Assembly: GCA_977018835.1 (NCBI GenBank)
Contig: OZ361256.1
Span: forward strand, 4,526,001-4,590,000
DNA from: Minutocellus sp. GHC0000111
Taxonomy: Eukaryota
Length of the DNA stretch: 64,000 bases
Direction: 5' to 3'
Shown: positions 1 to 10,699 of the stretch, in pieces
Numbering within the stretch: the first letter of the stretch is position 1
Layout of the letters: each line of letters opens with the position of its first letter
Program-made: the position numbers and the translations under genes
Notes under the pieces: generated by a model
The model's input: only the letters and a program-made list of their open reading frames with translations
Database searches by the model: none
What the model was told of the DNA's origin: nothing

Positions 1-3000
1 CGCCCTGGAAGTACTCGACGACAGATCCTGGGAGAGGCAGAGTCGAAGCGTTGGCAATGAGGTCCTCGGAAGACAGCTTCATGCTGATCATGAACTGAGC
101 AAGGTCGCCCACAGCCTTGGAACTGGGCGTAACCTTGGGAATGTCACCCATAACCAGATTCGCCTCGATGTAAGCCTTCTTGACTTCGGCAAAGCGTCCA
201 GCAAGACCGAGCTGCTTGGATTGGAACAGAAGGTTGGTGTACTGGCCACCGGGGATCTCATGCTTGTAGACGCTGCTACCAATGGCGGAGGGTAGCTCGG
301 TAACCACAAAGGGGAGGTACATGTGACGAACAGACTCCCAATACACGTTGAGCTGCTGCAGGACGTCCAAATCGAGGTTGGTCTTCTCGGGTCCAACGCC
401 GGAGACGATGGCACCCAGACAAGGCTGAGAGCTCAAGCCCGACATGGCATCGATGGCGCCGTCCACGATATCGGCACCGGCCTCGGCGGCGGCAATCATG
501 GCGGCAACGCCAGCACCGGCAGTATCATGGGTATGGACGTGGATGGGAACCTCGGGGAACTTGGCTCGGAGAGCTGAAATAAGAACCTTGGCGGCACGGG
601 GAGTAAGAAGACCGGCCATATCCTTGACGGCGAGGGCATGAGCACCCATCTTCATAAGCTCAACGGCATACGTCAGGTAGTAGAGGTTGTACTTGTAGTT
701 GGGATCGTCCTTGGTCACATCGCCGGTGTAGCAAAGGACGGCCTCGACGAATCCACCCGAAGCGGCGGCGGCCTCGATGCCAATCTTCATGTTTTCAGGA
801 TCATTGAGAGAATCGAAGACACGGAAGACATCCATTCCGGAGTCGTATGCCTGCTTGCAGAAGGCATAAACAACGTTGTCAGGGTAGGCGGTGTAACCGA
901 CGGCGTTGGCGCCACGGAGGAGCATTTGGAAGCACACGTCGGGAACTTTGGCACGGAGGGCCTCCAATCGTCGCCAAGGGCACTCATGGAGGAATCTCAT
1001 CGACACATCAAAGGTGGCGCCGCCCCACATCTCGAGACTGAACACATCCTGAGATCCTCCGTACGCCTTGTTGGTGGCCTCGGCTGCCTTGAGCATATCG
1101 ACGGTCCTCATACGAGTGGCCAAGAGACTCTGGTGAGCATCTCGCCAGGTAGTGTCGGTGAAGAGGACACGATCATGCTGCCGAACGGCACGAGCCATGG
1201 CCTTAGCACCCTCCTGTCTAAGAATGTGACGGAAGTGAGGAGAAGAGAGGCCGGCGTTCTTCTTACTGAGGATGTCATTGATGGCATCAAGATTGGGAGG
1301 GGCCACATCGTTGAGAGAAATCATTTTAGACTTCTCGGGGTCGGCACCAAGAGTCTTGGGATGGCCATTGACGGCGATGTTGGCAATGTACTTCAAGTAT
1401 CCCTCCAGGTCATCGAGCTTCTGGTACGAAGGACGGAACGACTGCTTGTCGAGGGGATCATGAGGAATGGGCTGAATATCGAGCAGCGAGGGATTGTTTT
1501 CAATAAAGTTGAGGTCAAAGTTGCCTCGGACGAAATCAGGATGCGCCAAAACGTTGAGGAGGAAGGGGATGTTATGCTTCACGCCACGAATATGGTTGTC
1601 CAAGAGACAACGGTGCATGCGTCTGATGACGCCATCCCAAGTGGACGACCGGGCAGTGTACTTGATGAGGAGGGAGTCAAAGTAGGGCTGAACGACCATG
1701 CCGCTGTAGGCAGCACCATCGAGACGAATTCCAGGACCGACACTGTGACGGCAGACGTCCAGCATTCCGGTGTCGGGCGCAAAGTCTCTGGAGGGATCCT
1801 CGGTGATGATGCGGCACTGCATGGCAATACCACGGGGGACAATGTCCTCCTGGTTGAGTCCAATCTGCTCGAACGAGGCACCACTGGCGATGAGGAAGGT
1901 CGTCTGGACGATATCGATTCCCGTCACTTCTTCAGTGACTGTATGTTCGACTTGGACGCGAGGGTTGACTTCCATGAAGTAGTGCTGGCCGTTCTCGTCG
2001 ATGAGGAACTCAACGGTACCAGCACAAGAGTACTTGCAGGCCATGGTGAGCTTGAGAGCATCCTCCAAGACATTCTGGCGGACGCTCATGGGATGATGCC
2101 AGGCGGGGGCAATCTCGATCAGTTTTTGATGACGACGCTGGATGGAGCAATCGCGCTCCCACATATGGACGACGTTGCCCTTGCCGTCGCCGATGACCTG
2201 GACCTCGACGTGCTTGGCGGCACCAACGTAGCGCTCGATGAAGCAAGATCCGTCGCCGAAGGAGGCCAGAGCCTCGGACGATGCCGCCTTGAAGAAGGGG
2301 ATGAGGTCCTTGCGCTCACGGACTACGCGCATGCCCATGCCGCCGCCACCCTTGGCGGCCTTGATCATGACGGGAAGGCCATACTTATCGACGAAATCCT
2401 CGGCATCTTGAAGGTCGGTGACGGCACCGTCGGTACCGGGGACGACGGAAACGCCGGCATTGATGGCCAGCTCACGGGCCTTGGTCTTGTCACCAAAGAT
2501 CTCGAGGTGCTCCACCTTGGGACCGACGAAGGTAATGCCCGCATCGGCACAGGCCTGAGCGAACTCGGCACTCTCGGAAAGGAATCCATATCCAGGATGG
2601 ATGGCATCGACGCCATTGTCCTTGGCAATCTTGATGAGATTCTCAATGTTGAGGTACGCACCGACGGGAGTTCCCGAGGCCGGGAGGAGGAAGGACTGAT
2701 CGGCGCACCAGCGATGAGGGTTGTTGCGATCCTCAAAGGCGTAGACGGCCACGGACTCCATGTTGAGCTCGGTGGCGGCACGGATGATGCGGGTTGCAAT
2801 TTCAGATCGATTGGCTGTTGCATTGTTGGGCGAGTATTGTAGAATGAAGAAATCGACGAGAAGAAATCGATATTGATGAATGTATTGGGGAAACGAGCAT
2901 AACATGCGTCAGTAAAGAAAACGAAGGGAAGATGCACGCGGCATACTGCCTTCGATGTTCGAACACAGAAAAACCATTGCATCGGCCATTGCTGCAATTG

Positions 3001-3331
3001 CTCGACGAATCAAATCGAATCTTATGCCAAAGTCGATGCGAACCGCCAGTCGAAAAGATATGAATATGTGCGCATACGATATCTGTTCTCATCGCATCAG
3101 AGCGAGGTTGCGCCGGCCAAGCAAGTCGAAGAACCAAAGAGCCCAGGCGACAAATGTATATTTCATCGAAATGAAGAAAGGTTCGGGTTCGGATTCGGAT
3201 TCGGATTTCAACTCACCGGCCATAATCTTGTTGAAACGACAGAGATCGACGGGGTTGGGCAAAGACGGCGCCATGGACTGCTTGCGACGGTGCATCGTCA
3301 TCTCGGGGAGAAGGCCAGGTTTAGGAGCCAT
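1..3331 (-). CDS. PYC: Pyruvate carboxylase, 3' end beyond the window; exon 1 3331-3217, intron 3216-2815, exon 2 2814-<1
   Basis: Splicing (G|gtgagt...acag|CC) gives FNKIMAANRSEIATRI. Biotin carboxylase motifs AGTVEFL and FMEVNPRVQVEHTVTEEVTG are present, and the carboxyltransferase region LPGSVVEYFQG at the left edge is in the same frame. Absent from the ORF track, probably because it has no stop in the window. Confidence 0.95.
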
Positions 3332-3626
3332 GGTTGGTGTTGTTGATGTATTGGTATTGTTGATGTATTGGTATTGTAGTTGGATATTTGCAATTGCGTG
3401 TTGCTTTTGGATGGTTGGTAGGGTTTTATGAGCCGGACTGGAGGATGAGCAGGGCAGTTGGGTTGAGGCTTCCTCTCGCCGCCGTGCTTTTGCGGGCGGC
3501 AGGGTTCTCTTTCGACGCCGGGTGTCTTTCAGATCTTGGCTCCTCTGTCTGCCCGTAGGAACTTGAGGATTTTGACTCAATCGACTGACATGATTGAGTT
3601 CGCGCCACAGTCGCCATACCAGCATA

Positions 3627-6600
3627 CCTTTCGGTTTCAGAGGATTTGTAGAGGGTATACCAATAACCCCTAAAAAAGGTCATTCTTGCACCCATTTCTC
3701 ATTTCCCACCACGTGTTTTGTTAGTCGACATTCTCTTCGGGAGGAACGCAAATACTCCTCAACTCGTGGATATCTACTGGACCTGCTCATTCAGTAGGTT
3801 GCCACCGACCAGTAGTATCCACTGAATTCGCAGGTCCAGTAGATTCTGGCAGGAACACATGTGTTTTTTGGTCCCCCGCACACCCTCACACCGCAACCCG
3901 CAAATTTTGTGACGATGACGACGACCACCAACCAGACCACGCCCAAAAAATACAAACGCAGCAGAACTTCGTTCTCAGGGAGCAAGAGAGGCAACACCAA
4001 GGCATCCAGGAAGGCGGCAAAGGCGGCAGCTGAGCCGAAAACACCATCGCCGAGCGCAAACACGTCGAAGAAGCGGCCACGGTCAAATTCATTCGCGCCC
4101 CCGCCAAACCGTCACCGTCGTCGGCGAAGAAGAGGACGGCCCCTCCTCCTATCCCCATGGCCTTTCTCCTTGCAGCAGATGTCATTCGAAGGGCTGGTAA
4201 GGATCTGCGGTGGAGAGTAACCCCCGATTCCTGCGGCAAAGATGACATTTGTGTTGGTTCTCGGCAGAAATGGGAAGACGTCCTCCCTGCTTTCATCGAG
4301 GCCGACTTGTTGCGTTCCAAGTCCGTCGGTGGAGGAAAGTATGAGCTGCAGTACAACGAGGAAAAATGGAAGGACATGCAGCAACATCTCAAGGAGCATT
4401 GTAGTTTGAAGTTGCACTTGTCGACGTGTCGGCCGAGAGGGAAGACAAGACGCAGGGCGCTTCATGTTTGTGCTCACAGGTTGCGTAAAAAGAAGGAGGA
4501 CAACCACCCGAAATTCTCTGGACCGGAGGGACAGAAGGTGCACGAGAAAAGAAATCCCGATGAAGTTCTGTTCTCTGGGCGCTCGACTGTCTTAGCTACT
4601 AAGCTAGGTGAGAGGTTGTCAGCTCACAGAAAGGAGGTGCAGTCAGCGCATTGCGAAGCAAGAGTAAAATCACTAGTCGACGAGGCCAAGAAACTGGGTT
4701 GGATGCCAGCAAGTCTCCTCAGCATGCTGAAGGGAACTGGTGATACTTCCGCCACTGAAGCAGCTGCAGCCTCCCCCAATGATGAAGGTTTAGGAGGAGC
4801 CGACACTTCCGTTGTCTGTGCCACCTCCAGTGACATTGATGAACAGGTAAAGGTCGCTCTCGGCCTCAACTTTGTTGTTCGGATGGCCAACGATGACATG
4901 CTCCGTCCTCCTCGTCCCAATGCAACCGTCACCGAACCAACACCAATCAGAAAAGAAAAGCAGGCGAATGAAAGAATGCGGTTCAGCGCCGTGGCTCTCG
5001 CGGATTGGTGGGGATGCGGCGACCCAACTCGCACGCATGAAGACCGGCAACAAATTGCAACTGCCGCGTGTCGGCAAGTTGCGCACGATCACGGTTATGC
5101 CAAGTCAACCGGTGGTTCTCAGCTTTACAAGTGGAGAGACCAGCTCTACAAAAGCCTTACTGATGGCATCAGCAATCCCATCGGCAGAAAGGAGGTTCGT
5201 GGAAGGAAGGCATGCACGGACATGATCGAGGAGAAGGAGCCAGGATGTCTCCGCGAGCTGTGTCGGCATGCTACTCGGATGAAGGGTGCGATGGCAACCT
5301 TTAAGGAGCTAGCTGACTGCATGAGCGCAAAATCAGCTACTCCAGATGAAGATAGGCTGACAATTAGTCTCCATCGTCTTCAGCTTTTTCGCTGGTGGAA
5401 AAAGCAAGGCGGTAAGGAGAAGTCGTCGATCGAGAAGCCGAGGCTGACCCCCGAATGTTGTAGGAAGCGACTTGATTGGATCGAAAAGTGGGAGGACATT
5501 ACGACCGATCCCAACATTCCTGTAGCGTGTCTTGATGAAAAGTGGTTTTACACTGCTACTCGGCGACGAAAGATCAAGATGTTGCCACTTTCTGACGAAG
5601 AACTAAGTGGTCCGAACCTCGCGTCTATCCATGCTTCCGAGGCAAGCCCGAAAATTCGATCCAGAAGACACCCTGTCAAAGTTATGTGTCTTGGAGTTGT
5701 TGGCCGACCAATGAAGGATGAAACCAAAGACGTTGATTTCAATGGGCGCATCATGATCAAGAGAGTCGCCAGGGAGCAGAAGGTGGAAAAGCTTACGCGT
5801 AATCAGAATTTCTCTCCAGATGCTAAGGTCAACGATGCGCAAAAAAATGACAAAGATTGGCGCGACATTTACGACGAGAACGCTGACATGACCGCCGGCC
5901 ATCTTTGCGACCACATTGCCGAAATCTACGGCCTTTCTGAGTTTGTTACAGAGCGATTGGAACTTCAATGCGAGGACTATAAATCCGACGGTCAGGCAAA
6001 AAGTCGCAAGCATGCCGCTGTTGGCTACAATCAAAAGATCTCGAGTCTCAAGCGACACACTCCTGACAGCAATGGAGAGAAGGTGAAGGTTGAGATCGAC
6101 GACCTTGAGCTCGGGGTGCGGCATCAACGGGGCGATAAGGTTACCAAGGACTGTAGCTGCGACTCCAAATGGATGTTGGAGACTATGAATGAGGTCGGGA
6201 AGGCGATTCGAGACGCACATCATTGGGTGAAGTGGGATCCACAAAATATTCAGGAGTCTGATGTTACATGTCTCATGATGGACAATGCCGGCGGTCATGG
6301 GTCCAATGAAGCAGTTGAGAAGTACACCGAGGACCTCAAAAACAAATATAAGATTGAGATAATCCAGCAGGTTCCTCGGTCGCCCGAGACAAATGTTCTT
6401 GATCTCGGCATCTGGATGTCTTTGCAGTCGGCCGTCGAAAAGGAGCATCACGGTCAGAAGAATGATGCGAATGCTCTTGACAAGACTGTGATGAAAGTAT
6501 GGGCCAATGTCGCATCAAAAGAGGCCTTTCTCAATGTATTTGGAAAACTTCCAGTGATATATAACAACATCAAGAGAAGTCGTGGCGGTAACAATCTTGT

Positions 6601-7077
6601 GGAGACCAGACGGGGAAAGGCTGGTCTCGCAAAAATTGCCGAGGAAGAAGCTGAAGAGGATGGTGAACCACTCTGGCCAATTGATGCTCCCGGCGAAGAT
6701 GATGACATTGAGGACGACATAGATGAAAATGATGAAGACGATGGAGTCATTGATTTGCTATAACTTATCACAGCATGTCCATTTCTATTCATTACATTTT
6801 GATTTGGTGCTTCCAAAAATGTATTTTTTCCCGGGGTGAGGAATGCAAATGTCGAAAAAAATCATCACATAATGTACATTTATTGGTTCTGGTGCACAAT
6901 ATCTCTCGACTATATGTAGAAGTTGGTGACCATAACTTGGTTCTTGCCCCGACTTCCATCTTGGCCGTCATTTATTCCTCGGAGTTAGAAAAAGTGAGCT
7001 TGGATTTTTGGTCTGGTGTGGTCGTGTTTCTAATACGTCATCATCACGTCACTTTCAAATCCTCTGAACTCGAAAGG
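3627..7077 (+). mobile_element. Full-length Tc1/mariner DNA transposon, DD39D type, 3451 bp
   Basis: 22-bp TIRs at 3627-3648 (CCTTTCGGTTTCAGAGGATTTG) and 7056-7077 (reverse complement CCTTTCGAGTTCAGAGGATTTG), 20/22 identical. TA on both flanks (3625-3626, 7078-7079). Encloses the transposase. Confidence 0.93.
4157..6763 (+). CDS. DD39D transposase; true start possibly ATG 3915 with a frameshift at the C5 run 4098-4102
   Basis: Motifs LDEKWFY, MDNAGGHG and QVPRSPETNVLDLG; 39 residues between the 2nd and 3rd catalytic Asp. Confidence 0.92.
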   Translation: MAFLLAADVIRRAGKDLRWRVTPDSCGKDDICVGSRQKWEDVLPAFIEADLLRSKSVGGGKYELQYNEEKWKDMQQHLKEHCSLKLHLSTCRPRGKTRRRALHVCAHRLRKKKEDNHPKFSGPEGQKVHEKRNPDEVLFSGRSTVLATKLGERLSAHRKEVQSAHCEARVKSLVDEAKKLGWMPASLLSMLKGTGDTSATEAAAASPNDEGLGGADTSVVCATSSDIDEQVKVALGLNFVVRMANDDMLRPPRPNATVTEPTPIRKEKQANERMRFSAVALADWWGCGDPTRTHEDRQQIATAACRQVAHDHGYAKSTGGSQLYKWRDQLYKSLTDGISNPIGRKEVRGRKACTDMIEEKEPGCLRELCRHATRMKGAMATFKELADCMSAKSATPDEDRLTISLHRLQLFRWWKKQGGKEKSSIEKPRLTPECCRKRLDWIEKWEDITTDPNIPVACLDEKWFYTATRRRKIKMLPLSDEELSGPNLASIHASEASPKIRSRRHPVKVMCLGVVGRPMKDETKDVDFNGRIMIKRVAREQKVEKLTRNQNFSPDAKVNDAQKNDKDWRDIYDENADMTAGHLCDHIAEIYGLSEFVTERLELQCEDYKSDGQAKSRKHAAVGYNQKISSLKRHTPDSNGEKVKVEIDDLELGVRHQRGDKVTKDCSCDSKWMLETMNEVGKAIRDAHHWVKWDPQNIQESDVTCLMMDNAGGHGSNEAVEKYTEDLKNKYKIEIIQQVPRSPETNVLDLGIWMSLQSAVEKEHHGQKNDANALDKTVMKVWANVASKEAFLNVFGKLPVIYNNIKRSRGGNNLVETRRGKAGLAKIAEEEAEEDGEPLWPIDAPGEDDDIEDDIDENDEDDGVIDLL

Positions 7078-7418
7078 TACGCATGCATGATTACCATTGC
7101 TACTTTGGTGGTTGCTGCTTGCTTTGGTACAGAACGAATCGCCACCAACGAAACACAGCTCTCCTTTAGTATTGCGGCATCCTAAAGATTGGTCGTGACA
7201 GCGACGACTTCGTTCTTCCATGCTGGCCAAGTTCCGCACACTGGGCGATTCGATTCTTCCAACTCCGCAACAATAGAGGTTCGCAAACATACAAATGGGG
7301 CAGAAGACAATAAAGCTCTTTCTCAAAACGCAGTCAAGTTGCTAAACGAAGCGGTCGTCAGCAGTCAGCATTTGAATTTCCTTTCAGTCCACGCCAATTG
7401 GTCCGCCTCCCTGGACTC

Positions 7419-9461
7419 ATGTTGCTCACAACTACACGCACACGCATTCTATGCGTCGGTGCGGTGCTGATCGCAATAACAGCATCTGCGACAGCACAGC
7501 AATCCCCATTTCCGTACCACGACGACAGAACATCCTACACCCTTCGGAAGCAAATATCCGACTTTAACCGTCGGCTTGCAAGGAATGGAGGTGCCCTCGC
7601 CCTAGATGAGATGAATCTGTGCGACAAGCAGATTGGTTGTGCTGGCATTACATTCATACTTCCACAGATCTCGCCGGAAGACACTGCTGACACAGGCACG
7701 GCGGCAGAATTGTTGCAGGTGATGGTCCACAATTATCTGCCTCCCAATCTGGACAAGAATACGTTGGTTTCCACCAAAGGTCAGGTGCAAATGCATATCG
7801 CAAGGTGGGAGAGGAGACGCAATGGATCAGCTGAGGCTGCCGGCAGCAACATTTATGACGACGACAATGTCCAACCCGAGAGAAAGGAGGGAAAAGCAGA
7901 CGCCGATGCTACTTCGTTAGGTGTTCTTGTGACATATCAAAGCAAAAAGCCATTCATCTTTCACCGAGGGAGAGTCGTTGCTGACCCCCAGGATGAATAT
8001 CGTCGCACGGTACCATCGATCGGTTTACAAGAGACCAAGAGCAGCTGCCAAGAAGACAAACACTGCGTAGCCTTTTCCTTTCCAATTGCTACGTCGGCGA
8101 ATCATCTGAATCTGTCTGCTGCTGAAAATGTAACATTTGTTTCCAAGGTATTGTCGATAGATAGAGATGATGGCGTGTCAGATGAATGGAGAAGCTATAT
8201 CTCAAACGAACCAGGCGGATATGCAAATAATGTCGAGAGTGCTGGTATTGTCATTGACAAAACCGAGCTGGAACGTCCATATGCAACAAAGCATTGCTGC
8301 ATGAGCAAGGCACCATTACCGACTCCTGAAGACATTGCGCTTGTGGATGAGCTTCCAAGAGTCAGCTGCAATCTGACCAAGGAAGAATTCCGGGAGCGGT
8401 ACGAAACTCCAAGGCTGCCCGTTGCATTAGTTGGGTGCGACAAGAAGTGGCGCGCAACAAAAGTCTGGACCAAGGAGAAGCTCCTCAAGCGATTTGCAAA
8501 TGATACTACTTTTGTGGGAAAGTTCCACAATCGACGGATGGATTTGAACAACTTCGAGACTTGGGGATGGGTAAAGGATGCAATGGCAAAGGGTGACGAC
8601 TACTATATTTTCGATAGTTTGATTGCACATCCAGAGGCGGCGAAGCTGAAGAATGATTTCACCCTGCCCGGCCCTATTGAGAATATATACGACAATTTTG
8701 ATGATTTCCCGCCAGGATATGGGCCTTCGAGGTGGTGGACATCGGGGCAGACCGGAAGTGGAACATGGCCGCACATGGATCCAATTGGAGCCGATGCCTG
8801 GAACTATGTCAGCTCGGGTTCCAAGTGGTGGATTATTTATCCTCTCGGAGAAGAAGCGTCCTACGGTGACCTCTATTGCGATGATAAATGCTCGGGTGAT
8901 CTTTGGAACACGCCCCATTGGTTTGCAAATGTCGGCGCAACGGCAAGCTTGAATGAGTATGATGGGATGAAGCCCAGCAAGCGACCATTGCACGTACTGC
9001 AGCGCCCCGGCGAGGTGTTGTATATACCAAACAAAGCAGTCCACGCAGTCTACAACTTGGAACCTACGGTTGCAGTGGCTGCTCACTTTGCCTCCACGCA
9101 AAATTTGCAGGCTGTCTGGGATACGATCGTTTCTCTAGGGAGCGACAAGCACTGGACACAGGCGTATTATGGGGGCATTTTATCAAACGAACAACGGCAA
9201 ATAGTGCGAAGAGCTTGTGGTGCGAATTGGCCACCAAAAGCTGGATGGATGTACTTTTATGAAGGGCCCTTTTTGCCAGCCGAGAAGCGAAAGAGAAACA
9301 AAGATCTCAAGAAGAAACAGAAGAAGAAGCAGGATATGTACGACGATGACGATCGATATGATGACGACGATCGATTTGATGACGATTATGAGGACCGCCA
9401 CATGTACGACGATGACGGTTTCTTTCTCGAAGAGGACGATGACAATGTTGCTACTTCTTAA
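7419..9461 (+). CDS. JmjC-domain 2-oxoglutarate/Fe(II) oxygenase (JMJD6/JMJD8-like) with predicted signal peptide and basic/acidic tail
   Basis: EEFRERYETPRLPV, HxD motif (TWPHMDP), QRPGEVLYIP..VHAVYNLE; hydrophobic N-terminus ILCVGAVLIAITASATA. Confidence 0.85.
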   Translation: MLLTTTRTRILCVGAVLIAITASATAQQSPFPYHDDRTSYTLRKQISDFNRRLARNGGALALDEMNLCDKQIGCAGITFILPQISPEDTADTGTAAELLQVMVHNYLPPNLDKNTLVSTKGQVQMHIARWERRRNGSAEAAGSNIYDDDNVQPERKEGKADADATSLGVLVTYQSKKPFIFHRGRVVADPQDEYRRTVPSIGLQETKSSCQEDKHCVAFSFPIATSANHLNLSAAENVTFVSKVLSIDRDDGVSDEWRSYISNEPGGYANNVESAGIVIDKTELERPYATKHCCMSKAPLPTPEDIALVDELPRVSCNLTKEEFRERYETPRLPVALVGCDKKWRATKVWTKEKLLKRFANDTTFVGKFHNRRMDLNNFETWGWVKDAMAKGDDYYIFDSLIAHPEAAKLKNDFTLPGPIENIYDNFDDFPPGYGPSRWWTSGQTGSGTWPHMDPIGADAWNYVSSGSKWWIIYPLGEEASYGDLYCDDKCSGDLWNTPHWFANVGATASLNEYDGMKPSKRPLHVLQRPGEVLYIPNKAVHAVYNLEPTVAVAAHFASTQNLQAVWDTIVSLGSDKHWTQAYYGGILSNEQRQIVRRACGANWPPKAGWMYFYEGPFLPAEKRKRNKDLKKKQKKKQDMYDDDDRYDDDDRFDDDYEDRHMYDDDGFFLEEDDDNVATS

Positions 9462-9563
9462 ATTTAGAAGCCCCCCCCCCAACTTTAAAGTATGCAATAC
9501 TAACTCTAACGAAGAAATCATATTCAGGTATTGTGTCTCCTTGCATAGCCATACCAGCCATCT

Positions 9564-10699
9564 CTAAACAAAAACTAGGTTCTCAAGGAAGCGCAGCTGT
9601 TCTAACGGTGCGAGATCACCGCTGGTGTCTTCGTCAAACAACTCATAGAGCCTGACCTCTAATTTCAGATCCCAGTAACACTGCCACTCTTTTCCACACG
9701 AACATTTTAGAAACTTCTCTAGTGGAGGAGGTTGATATAACAATCCTTTGCCGTACCTATCAAATACGGTTTCATCGTATCGCCAAATGTCAGCCCTTTC
9801 TCCGTCGCAGCCTCCCTTTTTTACCTTCAAGGCACACCCCAATCCCAAACGATACCTATCATCACTCCCAAGATCATCCAGTATTCCTGCTGCGTAGTCA
9901 AACGTCTGATGATCTGGAAAATACCACGAGTCAACGTGTGGACCGCCACCAATATCCGCCCCCTGATTGTGCGCGTACAGGGTAGCCTGTCCTCCCGTCC
10001 CTTTGTCGACAACGGTGATACCAATTCCAAACGAGTCAAAGGGAAAATATGCCATTTCGTCACCGCCGCGGAATAGCAAATCAATATTTTTTTGTCATGA
10101 CCGCCGAACGAAACGTTTTTGCCATCCAACAACCGAGAAACAACTTTAGTTCGTGTTTTATTGTTCTGCAGTAAGTTCTTGGAATTGCACAGAGTCAGAT
10201 CCACCTGAAACCAATATGCCGACAAGGGCTTGGGGTTAGGACTAGGTGTCTTCACACGATGGCGATTGCGCTGCAGCATGCAAGCCCGCTGAAATTGTTG
10301 CTTCCAGTACTTGGATGGAGAGGGGATGTTGAGTGCTGCGGCGTTCAGACGAGAGCGCTTCGCTGCTCTTTGTGGTTCATCGTCATCGGAGCTGCACTTG
10401 CTCTTTCCACCGATATCATCCGGCAGTGCCCTGGTAATTGTTTCTACTGTTGGATGGTACTTGCGAATCAGAGATAACCAGAGGCCAACGTCACACTCAC
10501 GCCTCCCATTTTCCCGGCTCCCGAGGGCCCCCTCCGGTCTTTGTGCCGCCGTCATGCGGAGCACGGCGTGCCATTCTTTTGATACCCTGGCCACCAACGA
10601 AACATTGCCAATGTCCAGAAAAGCAAACGCTCTGGTTAGAGCGTCGAGACTGAGCCCTCCCGGGATTGAGGCAGCAGGCTTACTGGGCGTCTTCATCAT
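9564..10699 (-). pseudogene. F-box-like protein split by a 1-nt frameshift in an A7 run (plus-strand T7 at 10087-10093); pseudogene or sequencing error
   Basis: F-box-like LSLDALTRAFAFLDIGNVSLVARVSKEW. Adding one A joins ORF 9827..10699 to ORF 9564..10079 (HDKKNIDLLFRGGDEM). Confidence 0.6.

Noticed and set aside
638..2842. 734-aa plus-strand ORF
   Set aside because: Antisense shadow of the codon-biased pyruvate carboxylase exon.
3182..3208. (TTCGGA)n hexamer run in the PYC intron; (GTC)n at 21557-21580
   Set aside because: Ordinary short microsatellites; the second encodes poly-Thr.
3332..3625. In-frame upstream extension of PYC exon 1 from ATG 3625
   Set aside because: Promoter/UTR-like composition, no targeting features, and the ATG overlaps the transposon TA site.
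10087..10093. Programmed ribosomal frameshifting at the A7 run (and the C5 run at 4098-4102)
   Set aside because: No evident stimulatory structure; a homopolymer sequencing error or simple mutation is more parsimonious.
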